The notes under the pieces were generated by a model. The model was not told the DNA's origin, did no database searches, and saw only the letters and a list, made by a program, of their open reading frames with translations. 64,000 bases of DNA, from NCBI RefSeq assembly GCF_902713615.1, contig NW_024055820.1, forward strand, positions 310,001 through 374,000. Direction: 5' to 3'. The translations under genes and the position numbers were made by a program. Of this stretch, positions 12,804 to 26,635 are shown piece by piece (positions within the stretch are counted from its first letter, which is position 1; the number at the start of each line of letters is the position of its first letter). The DNA comes from Scyliorhinus canicula (taxonomy: Eukaryota).

Positions 12804-15800
12804 TGTCATGAGCAGAGTGTAAGTAAGGAAGACCTACACGCATTGGAGTTTTGAAGAATGAGGCGAACTTACGGACAGGGTTAATTGCTGGCTTTGAAAG
12901 CAGACCAAGGCAAGCCAGCAGCACGGTTCGATTCCCGTACCAGCCTCCCCGAACAGGCGCCGGAATGTGGCGACTAGGGGCTTTTCACAGTAACTTCATT
13001 TGAAGCCTACTCGTGACAATAAGCGATTTTCATTTTCATATGTAGTATTTTCAAGGAGCTTGATAGTGTGGATGCTCGAGGTTGTTTCTGCTTGTGGGAG
13101 AGTCTGGGGCCGTAGGGCACCATCTCAGAGTAAGGTGTCGCTCATTTCAGACGAGGATGAAGAGGAATTTCTTCTCTGAGAGGGGAGTGATTCTATGGTC
13201 CGGAGAATTGGAGAAGCCGGGTCAATAAATATGTCCAAGACTGAGACAGACAGATTTTTCATCAGTAAGGAAATCAAGGGTTATGGGGATAAGGCGGAAA
13301 AGTGGAGTTGAGGATTTTATCAGATCAGCCACGATCTCATTGAATGGCAGATCGTATTCCATGGGCCGAATGGCCACCTTCTGCTCCTACATCTTATGGT
13401 TTGAAAATGAAAATCGCTTATTGTCACAAGTAGGCTTCAATGAAGTTACTGTGAAAAGGCCCGAATCGCCACATTCCAGCACCTATCCGGGGAGGCTGGT
13501 ACAGGAATCGAACCGTGCTGCTGGCCTGCTTGCTCTGCTTTAAAAGCCAGCAATTTAACCCAGTGAGGTAAACCATCCCCTGGTTTTATGGCAGCTGGGG
13601 GACTTTCAATTGAATTAATGAATAAATCACAAATAAAATTGTCACGTCATTCATAATACTCATGAAGCTCTTGAAATTTCCCAAAGCCCAGCAGGTTCAC
13701 CAATGTCCTTCTGGAGAATAAATCTTCCCTCTTTCCCCTGTCTGGCCTATATGTGACGAGTTCAGCAGTGATGTGGTTGACGCTTAACTATCTCTGATGT
13801 TGCCGAGCAAGCCAATCAGTTCAAGGTCTGCTGCCACAGAAAGTCAGATGTGAATTCAACCATCGGAAGTGCACCTTATCTGAAAGGTGGTTCACATCCG
13901 GCTTCTCGGGATGGATAGTTAATGCTGACTGTGTCAGTGAGGGTCATATTCCGAGAATAAATGTTAAAAACTGTGCAAAGTGCTACAGATTCCGGAAATG
14001 TAAAACAAAAACAAAAAAAGGCTGCTCAGCAGGTCAGTGAGCATCAGCAGAGAGAAACAGATTCACATTTCAGGTGGATTACCTCAATGACATAATTGTG
14101 AAGAGCAGAGCTGCTTTTCCAAGTATCTTGGACCAACATCCGTTCTTGAACTAAAATCACAGATTAGCTGGTCACTTATCACATCTCAGTTTGTGGGAGC
14201 TTGCTGTGCACAAATTCTCCGCTCTGTTTCCGACATTACAGCAGTAACTAAATTCAGCTAAAATACATCAGTGAGCTTTAAGGCGTTGAGTCGACCTGAG
14301 GTCGGGTAAAGCGGTTTACAAAAGCAAGCTCTTTCCAAACGTTTACATTTTAAAATGCAGGTAGTAATATGTTGAAAGATCTGAGATTAATGTGACTATG
14401 GGTCACTCCTCTGCTTGATGTTTTAATATATCTCCTTTAAATCGGTTAATGTTTCAATTAAATTAATATTCAGTGGAATAACAGCCTGGTTAAAGATGAT
14501 TTATTAATTGAGGCATCAGAACTTTCAGAATTAATACTTAATTTAAATTTATTTTTTCATTTCAATTAAGTAACATCTGTTCTAATGGATGTTTCTATTC
14601 ATTTAACCAACTGTCAATATTCTTAAAATAAACCGCTATTTTAAGTTGAACCTAATCAATAAATGACTGTTTATCTCGTTTTGTTGATGCGAACACTTCA
14701 TTGTAACCAGTGAGGTGTTTATGTAAATAAACACAGAAATAGAAGTCTCAGATTAGATTATACACTGACAAAAGCACAACAACTATTTCCCCACCGATAC
14801 AGCACAGAAATAGAGGCAAAGACGCAAATAGATCAACGGATTCCAGTAATGATTGTTTTTGACATTTGATTCTTCATCAGTTATATGAGAAAAAGGTCAT
14901 CATGATATCCATGTTCAGAATTAGGAAAGATTCCCTCTAATCTCGAAATATAATGACATGCAAAATATGTTCATAGAGTTTTCCAGTTTTCCTGTATCTG
15001 ATATCTGTCCCTTTTTCCTAACTGGTTCTGTCTCATGTCTCTCCACGATGGGTCATTGCCTTTAATGGACAACATGAAGCCAACATGTGCCCAATATAAT
15101 CTCTCAGCGCAATCTCACCCCATTGGCTTCCAACTAAATGGATCGAATCCAATGAATTGGAATACATAGGCGGAGTTTTACTCTAAAATGTGGTTGGAGC
15201 ATTCAATTACCTTGTAGTGTTTAATGAGAACTGTGGAGAAACATTTACCTTGTGTCTACCCTGAGCTGAACAGGGTGGTGAGGATTTGATGTGGCAGTGC
15301 CGTAGGATCTTTCCCTCTTTCTAACCAGGCTGACAGAGATAGATAGTTTCTTGATCAATAAGCGAATCAGGGGTTATGGCGACAAGGCAGGAGATAGGCT
15401 TTTAGAAACATAACAGTCGTGATTGAATGTGGAGCACACTCAATTGGCCTAATCCTTGAATTCTGCTCCTGTGTCTTATAGTTTTATGGCAGGAAGACAA
15501 TCTATGGACGATCTCAGAATAGATAGGTACCTGATTGACATCGCAGATATGGTGGGTGAAGGGCATCTTTCTGTATTGTAAACCGCTAACTCTCCATGAC
15601 TCCATGCCAAGGTCTAAAACATTACCACTCATATGGGGTGGTGATTAACCTAAACTAATCTAATAATATTTTTGCCACAAGTAAGCTGACATTAGTACTG
15701 CAATGAAGTCACTGTGAAAAGATCCCAGTCGCCACATTCCGCCGCCTGTTTGGGAACACAGACAGAGAATTCCGAATGTCCAAATTACAGAACTGCACAT

Positions 15801-17387
15801 CTTTCGGGACTTGTGGGAGGAAACCGGAGCACCCAATGGAAACCCACGCTGACACAGGGAGAACGTGCCGACTCCGCACAGACTGGGACTCTGGCGCTGT
15901 GAAGCAATTGGGCTACTGAGATTGGATCTGGTGCAGTCATTACTGATGCAGGGTCTCGACTAGCATAAACCGAGACAGGTTCTCGTGCAGACGCGATTAC
16001 CCTTAAATGATATAGGATATAAAGCAGTGATTATTGATTCAGGGTCTGGAATATTATAAACTGAGGCAGGGTCTATTACAGTAAGTCCTGCTGCAGGGTC
16101 TGGATTAATATATGTGTAAATACTTAATAGGTCAGATGATTAAAAACTTGGTTATTTGGGATGATTTTATTAAGGGAATTGAGGTAAAGAGGAGTAGGGA
16201 ATGAATACCAGAGCTTAGGGCCGAGACGCATAAAGACATCGCAAAGCGAAACAATTAATTCTGAACATAACTTACCGTCTTGATAAATTACAATTGCAAA
16301 CCCCAAGAACGATATTATATATGCACACCTATGTGAACGGCCAATCCTTTTTTGAAGTGAAGTCACTTGCTCTTCTTAACCAGATTAGAGTTCTATGATT
16401 GGGTGGACATTTATCCTGTGGTTGCCAATCTGGTGATTCTGTTAGAGCACTGTTCTGTCTAACACTGTCAGTATATTAGGCGTTTAGTGAATATAAAACG
16501 AGGCAGGAAAAGAATCCTCACCATGAAACAACTTTCCAATGGATAGAGTATAATACAAGAGTAAATTCATCATTTTGAACAAAACAGAGATTTCCATTAA
16601 CTTTTGGAAATTGCAGTGCAGCGATGTTCACATGTAGACCTGTCCCTCAAGCCCAGTTCATTACTGGGACGCTGGTAAAATATTCAACTCAATATTTCCC
16701 ACATGATAGCAGAGCAAATACACATTTCATAGAACTGCTTATAGGTATTAACAAGAATTAATATAATCTCCAAATCAACAATGATTGTACTCGTACAAAC
16801 AAGCAAATATATACAATCATTTATAATATCGAGAGAGGCAACAGGAACATCATTCGGTGTAATATAAACAGAGACTGGTGTGCTATTTTTGGAATAACTG
16901 ATGTTTTATATGGAGCCAGTGGAATTCCCATTCACCATTGCCATCCCGTCAGAATAAGAGCCAACTCTAGTAAAAGACCAGCCTCTGAAAATTAAATCGA
17001 CCCATGTAAGACTGGACCCATAGTTTGAACTTTAGATTCACCGAACAATATTTCAGAATGTCAAAATGCAAACCATGATAGGTTAACAGTCTTTTCTCAG
17101 TGGAATCACTATCACCTCCCACAACAGATACCCGAGCACATGACCCAGACCTGTGATCCAATGCAGAAGGAGTGTTTAATGTTCAATTGTTCCATCTTTC
17201 CGATGCGGTGATATTACAGTCTTCTGGATAGTCTCGCAATATTATTACAGAACGGGTAATCTGGAGGCCTGAACTAATACTCCAGACACAGGAGTACAAA
17301 TTCCACCAGGGCATATTGAAATGTTGTGAACAGTTTTGGTCTCCTTGTATAAGGATAGATATTTTGGGGGCAGTCCAGAGAAGGTTG

Positions 17388-17739
17388 GAGCAGCAGGGTA
17401 GCATGGTGGTTAGCATAAATGCTTCACAGCTCCAGGGTCCCAGGTTCGATTCCCGGCTGGGTCACTGTCTGTGTGGAGTCTGCACATCCTCCCCGTGTGT
17501 GCGTGGGTTTCCTCCGGGTGCTCCGGTTTCCTCCCACAGTCCAAAGATGTGCGGGTTAGGTGGATTGGCCATGCTAAATTGCCCGTAGTGTCCTAATAAA
17601 AGTAAGGTTAAGGGGGGGGGGTTGTTGGGTTACGGGTATAGGGTGGATACGTGGGTTTGAGTAGGGTGATCATGGCTCGGCACAACATTGAGGGCCGAAG
17701 GGCCTGTTCTGTGCTGTACTGTTCTATGTTCTATGTTCT
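17388..17739 (+). mobile_element. HE1/V-SINE-like SINE, young subfamily
   Basis: Full length with a (TTCTATG)n tail; nearly identical to copies at 19340, 29041 and 62351. Confidence 0.9.
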
Positions 17740-17851
17740 TTAGGGAAATCCCGAGTGTGGAGGGATTTTCAATGGTAGGTAGCATTTCACAGCACAGAAA
17801 GGGGTTCCTCGCCCCATCGTTACTCTACCTGTCAGCAAATAAAGAAGAATC

Positions 17852-17915
17852 CGGCCTTGAAACACAGACCTTGCGGTAAACAGCCAAACACACTGACCAA
17901 TTACACCATGGAGAC
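17852..17915 (-). pseudogene. Second, more decayed tRNA-Asn pseudogene (duplicate copy)
   Basis: Same motif with an internal deletion, at the homologous position in duplication copy B. Confidence 0.6.
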
Positions 17916-17926
17916 TGTGGCCATGA

Positions 17927-18082
17927 TGTGGAGATGCCGGCGTTGGACTGGGGTGAACACAGTAAGAAGCCTTACAACACCAGGTTAAAGTCCACCAGGT
18001 TTGTTTCAAACACTAGCTCTCGGAGCACTGCTCCCACCTGAGGAGGGAGTTTAACCTGGTGTTGTAAGACTTCTTACTGTGA
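17927..18082. mobile_element. Penelope-like end fragment arranged as an inverted repeat
   Basis: cacagtaagaagccttacaacaccaggttaaa (17959-17990) versus tttaacctggtgttgtaagacttcttactgtg (18051-18082). Confidence 0.7.
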
Positions 18083-19339
18083 CCACAGAGACTGAAATGG
18101 GAGAGCTTAAGTCGGCTAGGCCTACACGAATTGGTGTTTAGAAGAATCAGAGGCAAAGTTACTGAGATATATAGTATTCTCAGGGGGCGTGACAGTGTAG
18201 ATGCTGGAGATTGTTCCCACTTTTGGGAGAGTCTAGGACCAAAGGGCACAATCTCAGAGTAAGGTGCCACTCATTTCAGACGAGGATGAAGAGGAATTTC
18301 TTCTCTCAGAGCGTAGTGATTCTCTAGAATCATTTGCCGTATAGAGTTCGCCTGGTCAATAAATATGTTCAAGGCTGAGACAGACAGATTCTTAATCAGT
18401 AAGCGAATCAAGGGTTATGGGGACAAAGTGGAAATATGGAGTTGAGGATTTTACCAGATTTGCCACGATTTCATTGAATAGCAGATCATATTCCATGGGC
18501 CGAATGGCCAAGTTCTGCTGCAAATCTTATGGTTGTATGGCAGCTGTAGAGACCTTCAATTGAATGACTTAATCAATCAGCCAAAATTCGTCGCCTCATT
18601 TATAATACTTCCGAAGCAATCGAAATTTCACAACGCCCAGCAGGTTCACCAGCGTCCTTCAGGAGAAGAAAGCTCCCTTCCTTACTCTGTCTGGCCCCTA
18701 TGTGACTCTAGTTCAGCAATCATGTGGTTGACTATTAACTATCTTTAATATTGCCGAGCAAGCAAGTCAGTTGAAGGGAAGCTGCTACTGAAAGTCAAAT
18801 GTGAATAAAATCGCTCGAAGTGCACCTCATCAAAAAGGTGGCTCACATCCGGCTTCTAAGGAGGGACAGTTAATGATGGCTATATGGCGAGGATGAATCC
18901 AAAACTGTGTAAAGTGCTGCAGATTCTGGAAATCTAAAACAAAAACAACAAAAAAGACTGAGGAGCAGGACAGTGGGCATCAGCAGAGAGAGGAACAGAT
19001 TCACAGTTCAGGTGGATTACCTCACTGATATAATTCTAAAGAGCAGAGCTGCTTTTCCCAGTATCTTGGACTAATGTCCGTTCTTCATCTAAAATCACAG
19101 ATTAGCTGGTCACTTATCCCATCTCCATTTGTGGGAGCTGGCTGTGCACAAATTCTCTGCTCTCTTTTCAACATTAGAGCAGTGGCTAAATTCAGAAAAA
19201 ATATATCAGTGAGTTTTAAGGGCGTTGGGATGACCTGAGGTCGGGTAAAGTGTTTTACAAAAGCAAGCTCTTTCCAAATGTTGACATTTTAAAATGCAAG
19301 TTGTAATATGTCGGCTGATCAGAGATTAATGTGACTATA

Positions 19340-19684
19340 CATAGAACAGTACAGCACAGAGCAGGCCCTTCGGCCCTCAATGTTGTGCCGAGCCATGATC
19401 ACCCTACTCAAACCCACGTATCCACCCTATACCCGTAACCCAACAACCCCCCCCCCCCTTAACCTTACTTTTATTAGGACACTACGGGCAATTTAGCATG
19501 GCCAATCCACCTAACCGGCACATCTTTGGACTGTGGGGGGAAACCGGAGCACCCGGAGAAAACCCACGCACACAGGGCTAGGACGTGCAGACGCCACACA
19601 GACAGTGACCCAGCCGGGAATCGAACCTGGGACCCTGGAGATGTGAAGCATTTATGCTAACCACCATTCTACCCTGCTGCCCCA
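19340..19684 (-). mobile_element. HE1/V-SINE-like SINE, young subfamily
   Basis: Reverse complement of the 17388 copy. Confidence 0.9.
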
Positions 19685-22394
19685 ACAACTCCTCTGCCTG
19701 ATGTTTGAATCTATCTACTTTAAATCGGTTAATATTTCAATCAAATTAACATTCAGTGGAAAAGTAGCTGGATAAAGGTGCATTTTTAATTGAGGCATCA
19801 GAACTTTTAGAATGAATACTTAATTTAAAGTATTTTTTCATTTCAATTAAGTAACATCTGTCCTAATGGAAGTTTCTATTCATTTTAACCAACTGTCAAT
19901 ATTCCTGAAATAAACCGCTATTTTGAGGTAAAACTGATCAATATGTGAATGTGTTTATCTCGTTTTGCTGACATGAACATTTCATTGTGACCAGTGAGGT
20001 GTTTATGTAAATAAACACAGAAATAGAAGTTCCAGATTAGAATGCGGACTGAGAAAAGAGAAACAAATGTTTCCCCACCAACACAGCACAAAAATAGAGC
20101 CAAAGATGGAAATAGATCAACGGATTCCAGCAGTGTTTGTTTTTCGACATTTTTTTATTAATCAGTTATATGAGAAAAATGTCATTATGATATCCATGTT
20201 CATAATTAGGAAAGATCCCCTCTAATCTCTAAATATAAGGGCATGCCAAGTGTGTTCGTAGAATTTTCCTGTATCCTATCTCTCTCTATGGCTTTCTCAT
20301 ATCTGGTTCTATCTCATGTCTCTCCACGAAGGGTCATTGTCTTTAATCGACATGTGGCCAACACTAATAACAATTTTACTGTGAAAAGCCCCGTGTGGCC
20401 ACATTCCGGCGCCTATTCCAGTAAGCTGGAACGGGAATTGGACCTGCGCTGCTGGTCTTGTTCTGCATCACAAACCAGCTGTCTAGCCCACTGAGCTAAA
20501 CCAGCCCTCTCAGCCTGAACTCACCCCGTTGGCTTCCAACTAAATGCACCGAATCCAATGTATTGGAATCCGTCGAGGGAGTTTTACGCTAAAATGAGTT
20601 TGGAGTATTCAATGATCTTGGGGTGTTTAATGAGAACTGGAGAGACAAGTTTCCTCTATATCTGATCTGGGCTGCACATGGTGATTGAGGATTTGATGTG
20701 GCAGGGCCGAAGAATCTTGCCTTGCACTTTATACAGCTGCCGAGACCTTGGAGCATTTGACTGAAGAGTGTAGAGCAAGTTTACTTGCATGTAACCTGCA
20801 CTGAACCTGCCCTGTGAGTGTTTGATATCACTGTGCACAGGGAGATTTACTCCGTATCTGAACAGTGCTGTACCTGACCTGGGTGAGTTTCATGGGGAAA
20901 TGCAGAGGTTTATTTACCCAGTAACTAACCCCACTGTCAACCTGTCTTGGGGATCTCTGAAGGAAGAGGGCAGAAGAGGTTTTACCTGCTACAGAACTTT
21001 TGGTTTTTCGGCCTTTAATGTGTTTGAGCGAGTTATGTAGAGGGAATTTCATTCTATATCAAAACAATTTGCAGCTGCTCTGAGAATGTTTGATGGGGAC
21101 AGTGTCAGGGAGTTTATCTTTGTCTCTAACCTGTGATGCCTCTGTCCTGCTAGTATTTGAAGGGACACTAGGCCCTGCCGCTGTATTGTACCAGGCCGTG
21201 AGCCCATCTCTGTTTATGTTATACTACCTTGTACCTTTGTCAGTTTATATTAAAATAGGGCCTATTTATCTTTGTTCATATTAAACTAGGTCACAAATTA
21301 GAGGACATGTCTTGATCAACGAGGCATTCAGGAGTTATTGGGAGAAGGGAGGAGAATGGGGATTAGAAACATATTGGCCATGATTTAATGGCAGAGTAGT
21401 TGCGATGTGTCGAATGGCCTAATTCCGCTCCTGCACCTTTTGGACTTAGGGACCCTGTTTGTCTCTCTTTACATTAACCTACACCTGACTCTGTTTCTAG
21501 TCATTTAAACCTGTCTCTGTTTGTATTACATTAGATAAAGCCTCAGTTCTGCGCTGGGCCATGTCTCTTCATATTACCCGGCCTCAGTAATTGCTGCGGT
21601 AGACTATGCACAATAATTTGGAAAATGGCTGAGGTGGAAATGGTGAAGATTTAAAAAAACTGAGGGAACAGTGATAGTCTAAAATTCTTTAGAGAGCAAT
21701 GTTGATCTATGTCCAGATAAACGTCATACTCTGTCTTGTCAGCACCCTGGATGTGTGTACGTACAACCACAGATCTCTGATCTTCTTGCAGCCACTTCAA
21801 ATTGTACAGCTGAACTTCTATTGCCTGGGCCTATTGCAATAAACTAAGGGAATGGAATAGTTGTAATTGTGTAACATAAACAAAGGACAATTAAATAAAT
21901 AACTGAGACAGAAGCTAATGTTACAGCAACTTCATTCTCTTCACAGCAGGCACACAGTAGCTGCATTGTGTATTCATCGACGGGATGCACTGCAGCAACT
22001 GGCCAATTTTCTTCAACAGCACCTTCCATACCCGAGACCTCCGAGAATCACAAGGGCAACAATCACATGGGAACACAATACTCTGCTTCCTCCCAAACAT
22101 CCAACTCTCTGGGGTAGGGATTGGTCTTGGGCACCAGCAAAGAAGAAGTGATATCTTAAACTTAATTCTGCTGACTGCACTGAAAATGTATATCAAATGT
22201 TGCATAGCATACACTGTATACACTATACATCCGTTGCAGGTTGTTACCATATACTGATTTATCGTCCAAAATATGTATTATTATATTAGCTTTCCATCTC
22301 AAAGACATCTGCAATAATGCACCCACAGTTAAAAGCAGAGGCATCATCCAGTGCATTAATAAAAATGCGCAGGTCTCGGAAAATGTAGGCTAGA

Positions 22395-22700
22395 ATCAGG
22401 ATCAAATACAGAATCCCAACAAGGCAGAAGGCCACTCGGCCCATTGCATCTGCACCAACCTCTGAAATATCACCCTCCTCAATCCCCCGCCCTTGCACCA
22501 TGACCTATGCATCCTTGGACACCGAGGGGCAATTTCGAATGGCCAATCCACCTAACCTGTACATATTTGGACTATGGGAGGAAACCAGAGCACCTGGAGG
22601 AAAGCCACTCAGACACAGGGAGAAAGTAAAAACTCCACGCAGTCAGGATTGAACCCCGGCGCTTTGAGGCAGTGGTGCTCCCCACTGCGCCACCCTCCGC
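22395..22700 (-). mobile_element. HE1/V-SINE-like SINE, older
   Basis: ggccaatccacctaacctg...ggaggaaaccagagcacc core. Confidence 0.7.
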
Positions 22701-23738
22701 CGAAGGCATAAGCAGAGACTGGGTCTAGTGCAATATCAACTGAATTCTGGTCCAGCGGAATGCAGATTGATACAAATTGGGACATGATCAATGCAGCAAT
22801 AAGAGGGATATCGTACAATCCAAGAATAACAGAGGCAGGGCCTAGTATTATATAAACAGGGGCATGCACATGTGCAGCATTAACTAAAGCAGGATTGTGT
22901 TTACTGGAATTTAACTATCTAGTAGAGTAATAACTGAGACCGAACAACTTGTGATGCAAACAGAATGTTGTTCCAGTTAGGATGCACAGATAAACGTTCT
23001 GATGCTGTAACCATTGTGACGTGTTTCTTACTAGACTGACCAAGACATGGGTCAGTGCGTCATAATTACGGATTTTTAACATAAACTGGGTGTGAGCCCC
23101 GGATATTAATAACTGATATTCAGCCGAGTGCAGGAAAACTGAGACAGGACCTGCTGTAATGTGATAGAGACACGGCCGAGTGTAATGTAAACAGAGGCGG
23201 GGGCAAGGTGATTGTAAGCAGAAAATGATATGTTTAAAATGATTTAATGGGATCTTGGAGTTGCCAGTAACGTCAACATTTGCTGTCAATTCCTCATTCC
23301 CCTTGAGAATGTGGTGTTGAGCCCGCTTTATGAACCATTGCACTCCATACTGAGTACGTACACCCACAGATCTGATAGGAACGGAGTTCCAGGATTTTGA
23401 ACAGTGACAGTGAGGAACAGAGACGTAGTTCCCATCAAGGTGGTATGAGGCCTGGTGGGTAACGTGCAGATCCTGCTGTTACACTGCATCTGCCGGGCCT
23501 GGTCCTTTTAGACGACTGAGTTGCTGTGTTGGAAGGTGCTATAGAAGGAGGCAGTTGCTGCATGAGATCCTTGTACGTCGTTCAAGCTACTAGAATTGTG
23601 CACCCGTGATGCAGGGAGTGAATGTTGAAGTTGGTGGATGGGGTGTTCGTCGAGCCGTCTGCTCTGCCCTGGATGGCGTCGAGATCTCACGTGTTGCTTG
23701 AGGGGCACACGTGAGACCAATGGAGAATATTCAGTCAA

Positions 23739-24312
23739 ACACCTGACTTCTGCCGTATAGATGATGGATGGGGGTTGGGAAGTCGCGAGGTGAGTTACTC
23801 ACAGCAGAATTTCCAGCCACTGACCTGCTCTTGTAGCCACATTTTTTAAGTGTTCAGTTTTTGAGCAATGATAATCCCTAGGATATTGATAGTGGGGGAT
23901 TCAATCACGGTGGTATAATTTTAAATCTAGGAGAGACGGTTAGAATATCGCTCTTTGGGGTGGTCATTGCCTGACACTTGTCAGCCCAAGCCGGAATGTT
24001 GTCCAAGTCTTGCTGCATATGAAGACACCTGACTTCTGCCGTATAGATGATGGATGGGGGTTGGGAAGTCGCGAGGTGAGTTACTCACTGCAGAATTTCC
24101 AGCCACTGACCTGCTCTTGTAGCCATATTTTTTAAATGTTCAGTTTTTGAGAAATTATAATCCCTAGGATATTGATGGTGGGGGGGGGGGGGGGGGGGGT
24201 TCAATCACGGTGGTATAATTTCAAATCTAGAAGAGATTTGTGGGATGGTGAGTGCCTGATACTTGCCAGCCCAAGCCGGAATGTTGTCCAAGGCTTGCTG
24301 CATTTGAAGACA
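23739..24312. repeat. 286-bp tandem duplication of a LINE fragment; G-run expanded in copy 2
   Basis: acacctgacttctgccgtatagatg at 23739 and 24025. Confidence 0.9.
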
Positions 24313-26304
24313 AACTGCTTCAGTATTTGAGGAGTCGAATATGGTGCTGAACATTGGGTAATCATCAGCTAACATCCTCACTTCTGATCTTATGATGAAG
24401 GGCGAAGCTTGGGCCGGGGTCGCTATCCAGGACACTATACGTTACTGGATGATCCTTGACACTTTTTACAAAGTTGCTCGTGATCAAATGCGGACTAATC
24501 GGGACATAATTGGCTGGATTGGATTTATCCTGCGTTTTGTGAACGGGTCATGTTTGATAATGTTACACATTGTTGGGTACAAGCCAGTGCTGTATCTGCA
24601 CTGGAGCAAGTTTCTTGGGGCCCAGCCAGTTCTGGAGCACAAACCTTCAGTATTGTTGCTTTAATGTTGCCAGGTCGAATAACGTTTGCAGCGCTGTCAG
24701 CCATTTCTTGATATCGTGTGGAGGAATCAAATTTCCTGAAGACTAACATCCATGATGATGCAGACCACCGGAGGAGGCCGAGATGGACCATCCTCTCGGC
24801 ACCTCTGGCAGAAACTTTCACTCTTGTTTTTTTGCACTGACGTGCTGGGCTCCACCATCATTGAAGAGGGGAATTTTATTGAGGCTCCTGCTCCGACTAT
24901 TTGTTTAATTGTTCATTACTATTCAGGACTGGATGTGGGTGAACTGCAAAGGTAGATCAGATCCATTGAAAACAGGATCACAGTGATTGTGTGATATAAA
25001 CATTGACATGTACTGGTGCAGTATTAATTGAAACAGAGTGTCGTGTAATGTGAACAGAGACATAGTCTAGTCGAACAAAAATACAGGTGGAACCCAATTT
25101 AAAATTAACAGAGACAGGAATTAGTGCAGTAATTATTGAGGCAATGTCTGCTTCATGTAATGTAAAGCATCTCGATTTAAATTCCATCTGCTGGCCAAAT
25201 TTTGCAATTGCAGTTACTGTGAAAATGTCGTTGTCAGGTACAATCCATGATGTTGATGGGTCAATAATTAATTTCCACAAATGTAATATCACATCGCCTT
25301 CTGCGGAGCTGCTAAAATCTCAGGTTTAACTCATTGCAGGTGTTGGTGGCTAATTCTTGCGCAGTGAGGTCAGCACCAGAGCAAAGCGGCACAATCCCTG
25401 GTCGCGTGTTTTTGTTCATCTTTGTTAAATGGAGGAGTGTTTGCCTGGGCCCTGTATGAAGTCCATAGGAAATTTAACATTCACCTTAACGTACATGATG
25501 TTGGGGCGAATTCGTTGGTTCATTATACTAGCTGAAAGACGGTTGGGGTCATTGTCTCCAAAGCCTCCAAGGAAGTTAAGATGGGATCTTAAGTTGAATG
25601 GGAAATGTGGGTGTGCGTGTAAGACAGAGCGAATGCATGTGTGAGAGGTTGTGTCTGTGTTTCGAGTGTGTGTGCGAAAGCGAATTTTTGCGTGTCGTTG
25701 TGTGAAACACATCATGTTGTGTACAACTGAATTTCACTGAGGTCACAGGCATCCTTCTATTTCCAACAGATACACAACAAATATCCACTGATTTTGACGC
25801 AAGTGTTGCAGATGAAGCTCCCAATTGTCGTTCTGGGTTTTCATAATCTCGGTTTGTGTCTATTTCAAAGCTGCTATATCCACTGGTCCTGGTGGCTCAC
25901 ACCAGCCCACCGGAAGTGTCGCCATTTTTTTTCGTTTGCTGCTGGTCACACCCAATTGCGATGCTCAATATTTAGATTTAGGGACATTATGTCACACTTA
26001 GAAGAAACCTTGAAGTGGAATATCTGGCTCCCCACTGGATGCGTGGCCCCGGCTGCTTCGCGAAGTGGAAATTCCTTGGTCATGTGGCCATCTTCCATTT
26101 GGAGACCACACTAGAACCGTGCAAACCACCTCTTGATTGTTTTGAAGGGACTTGGAAGCTCTGTCTTTGAGAGAACGGCTGCATTTCTGATTTTGTCCTG
26201 CCAGTAAATATCCATAATGCACATAATGCAACAAAGATGAAATTTTTTGAGCTATTTTTCTTGACAGCTGCAAGTGTTCCTTGTTTCACAGACATACAAC
26301 AAGG

Positions 26305-26635
26305 TTCATAGAATCATAGAATTTACAGTGCAGAAGGAGGCTATTCGGCCCATCAAGTCCCTTGGAGACAGCATCCTACCTAACCCGTACCTCCACCCTA
26401 TCCCCACATCTCCACACTATCTCTGTAACCCCATCTGACCTTTATTGGATACTAATGGCAATTTACCATAGCCAATCCACCTATCCTGGACATCTTAGGA
26501 CTGTGGGAGGAAACAGGAGTGCCCGGAGGAACCCACGCAGACACGGGGAGAATGTGCAGACTCTGCACAGTGACCCAAGGCGGAAATTGAACCGGTGACC
26601 CTGAAGCTATGAAGCAACTGTGCTTGCCACTGTTC
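26305..26635 (-). mobile_element. HE1/V-SINE-like SINE
   Basis: catagaatcatagaatttacagtgcagaagg tail plus core. Confidence 0.75.

Larger units (their letters stand above)
10715..15380. repeat. Tandem segmental duplication, copy A
   Basis: Colinear similarity to 16185-20760 at an offset of about 5.4 kb (e.g. gagtaggg..gaataccagagcttagg; tatggagccagtggaattcccattcacc; gcaagctctttccaaa). Confidence 0.85.
16185..20760. repeat. Tandem segmental duplication, copy B
   Basis: Paralog of 10715-15380 with different SINE and Penelope insertions. Confidence 0.85.
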
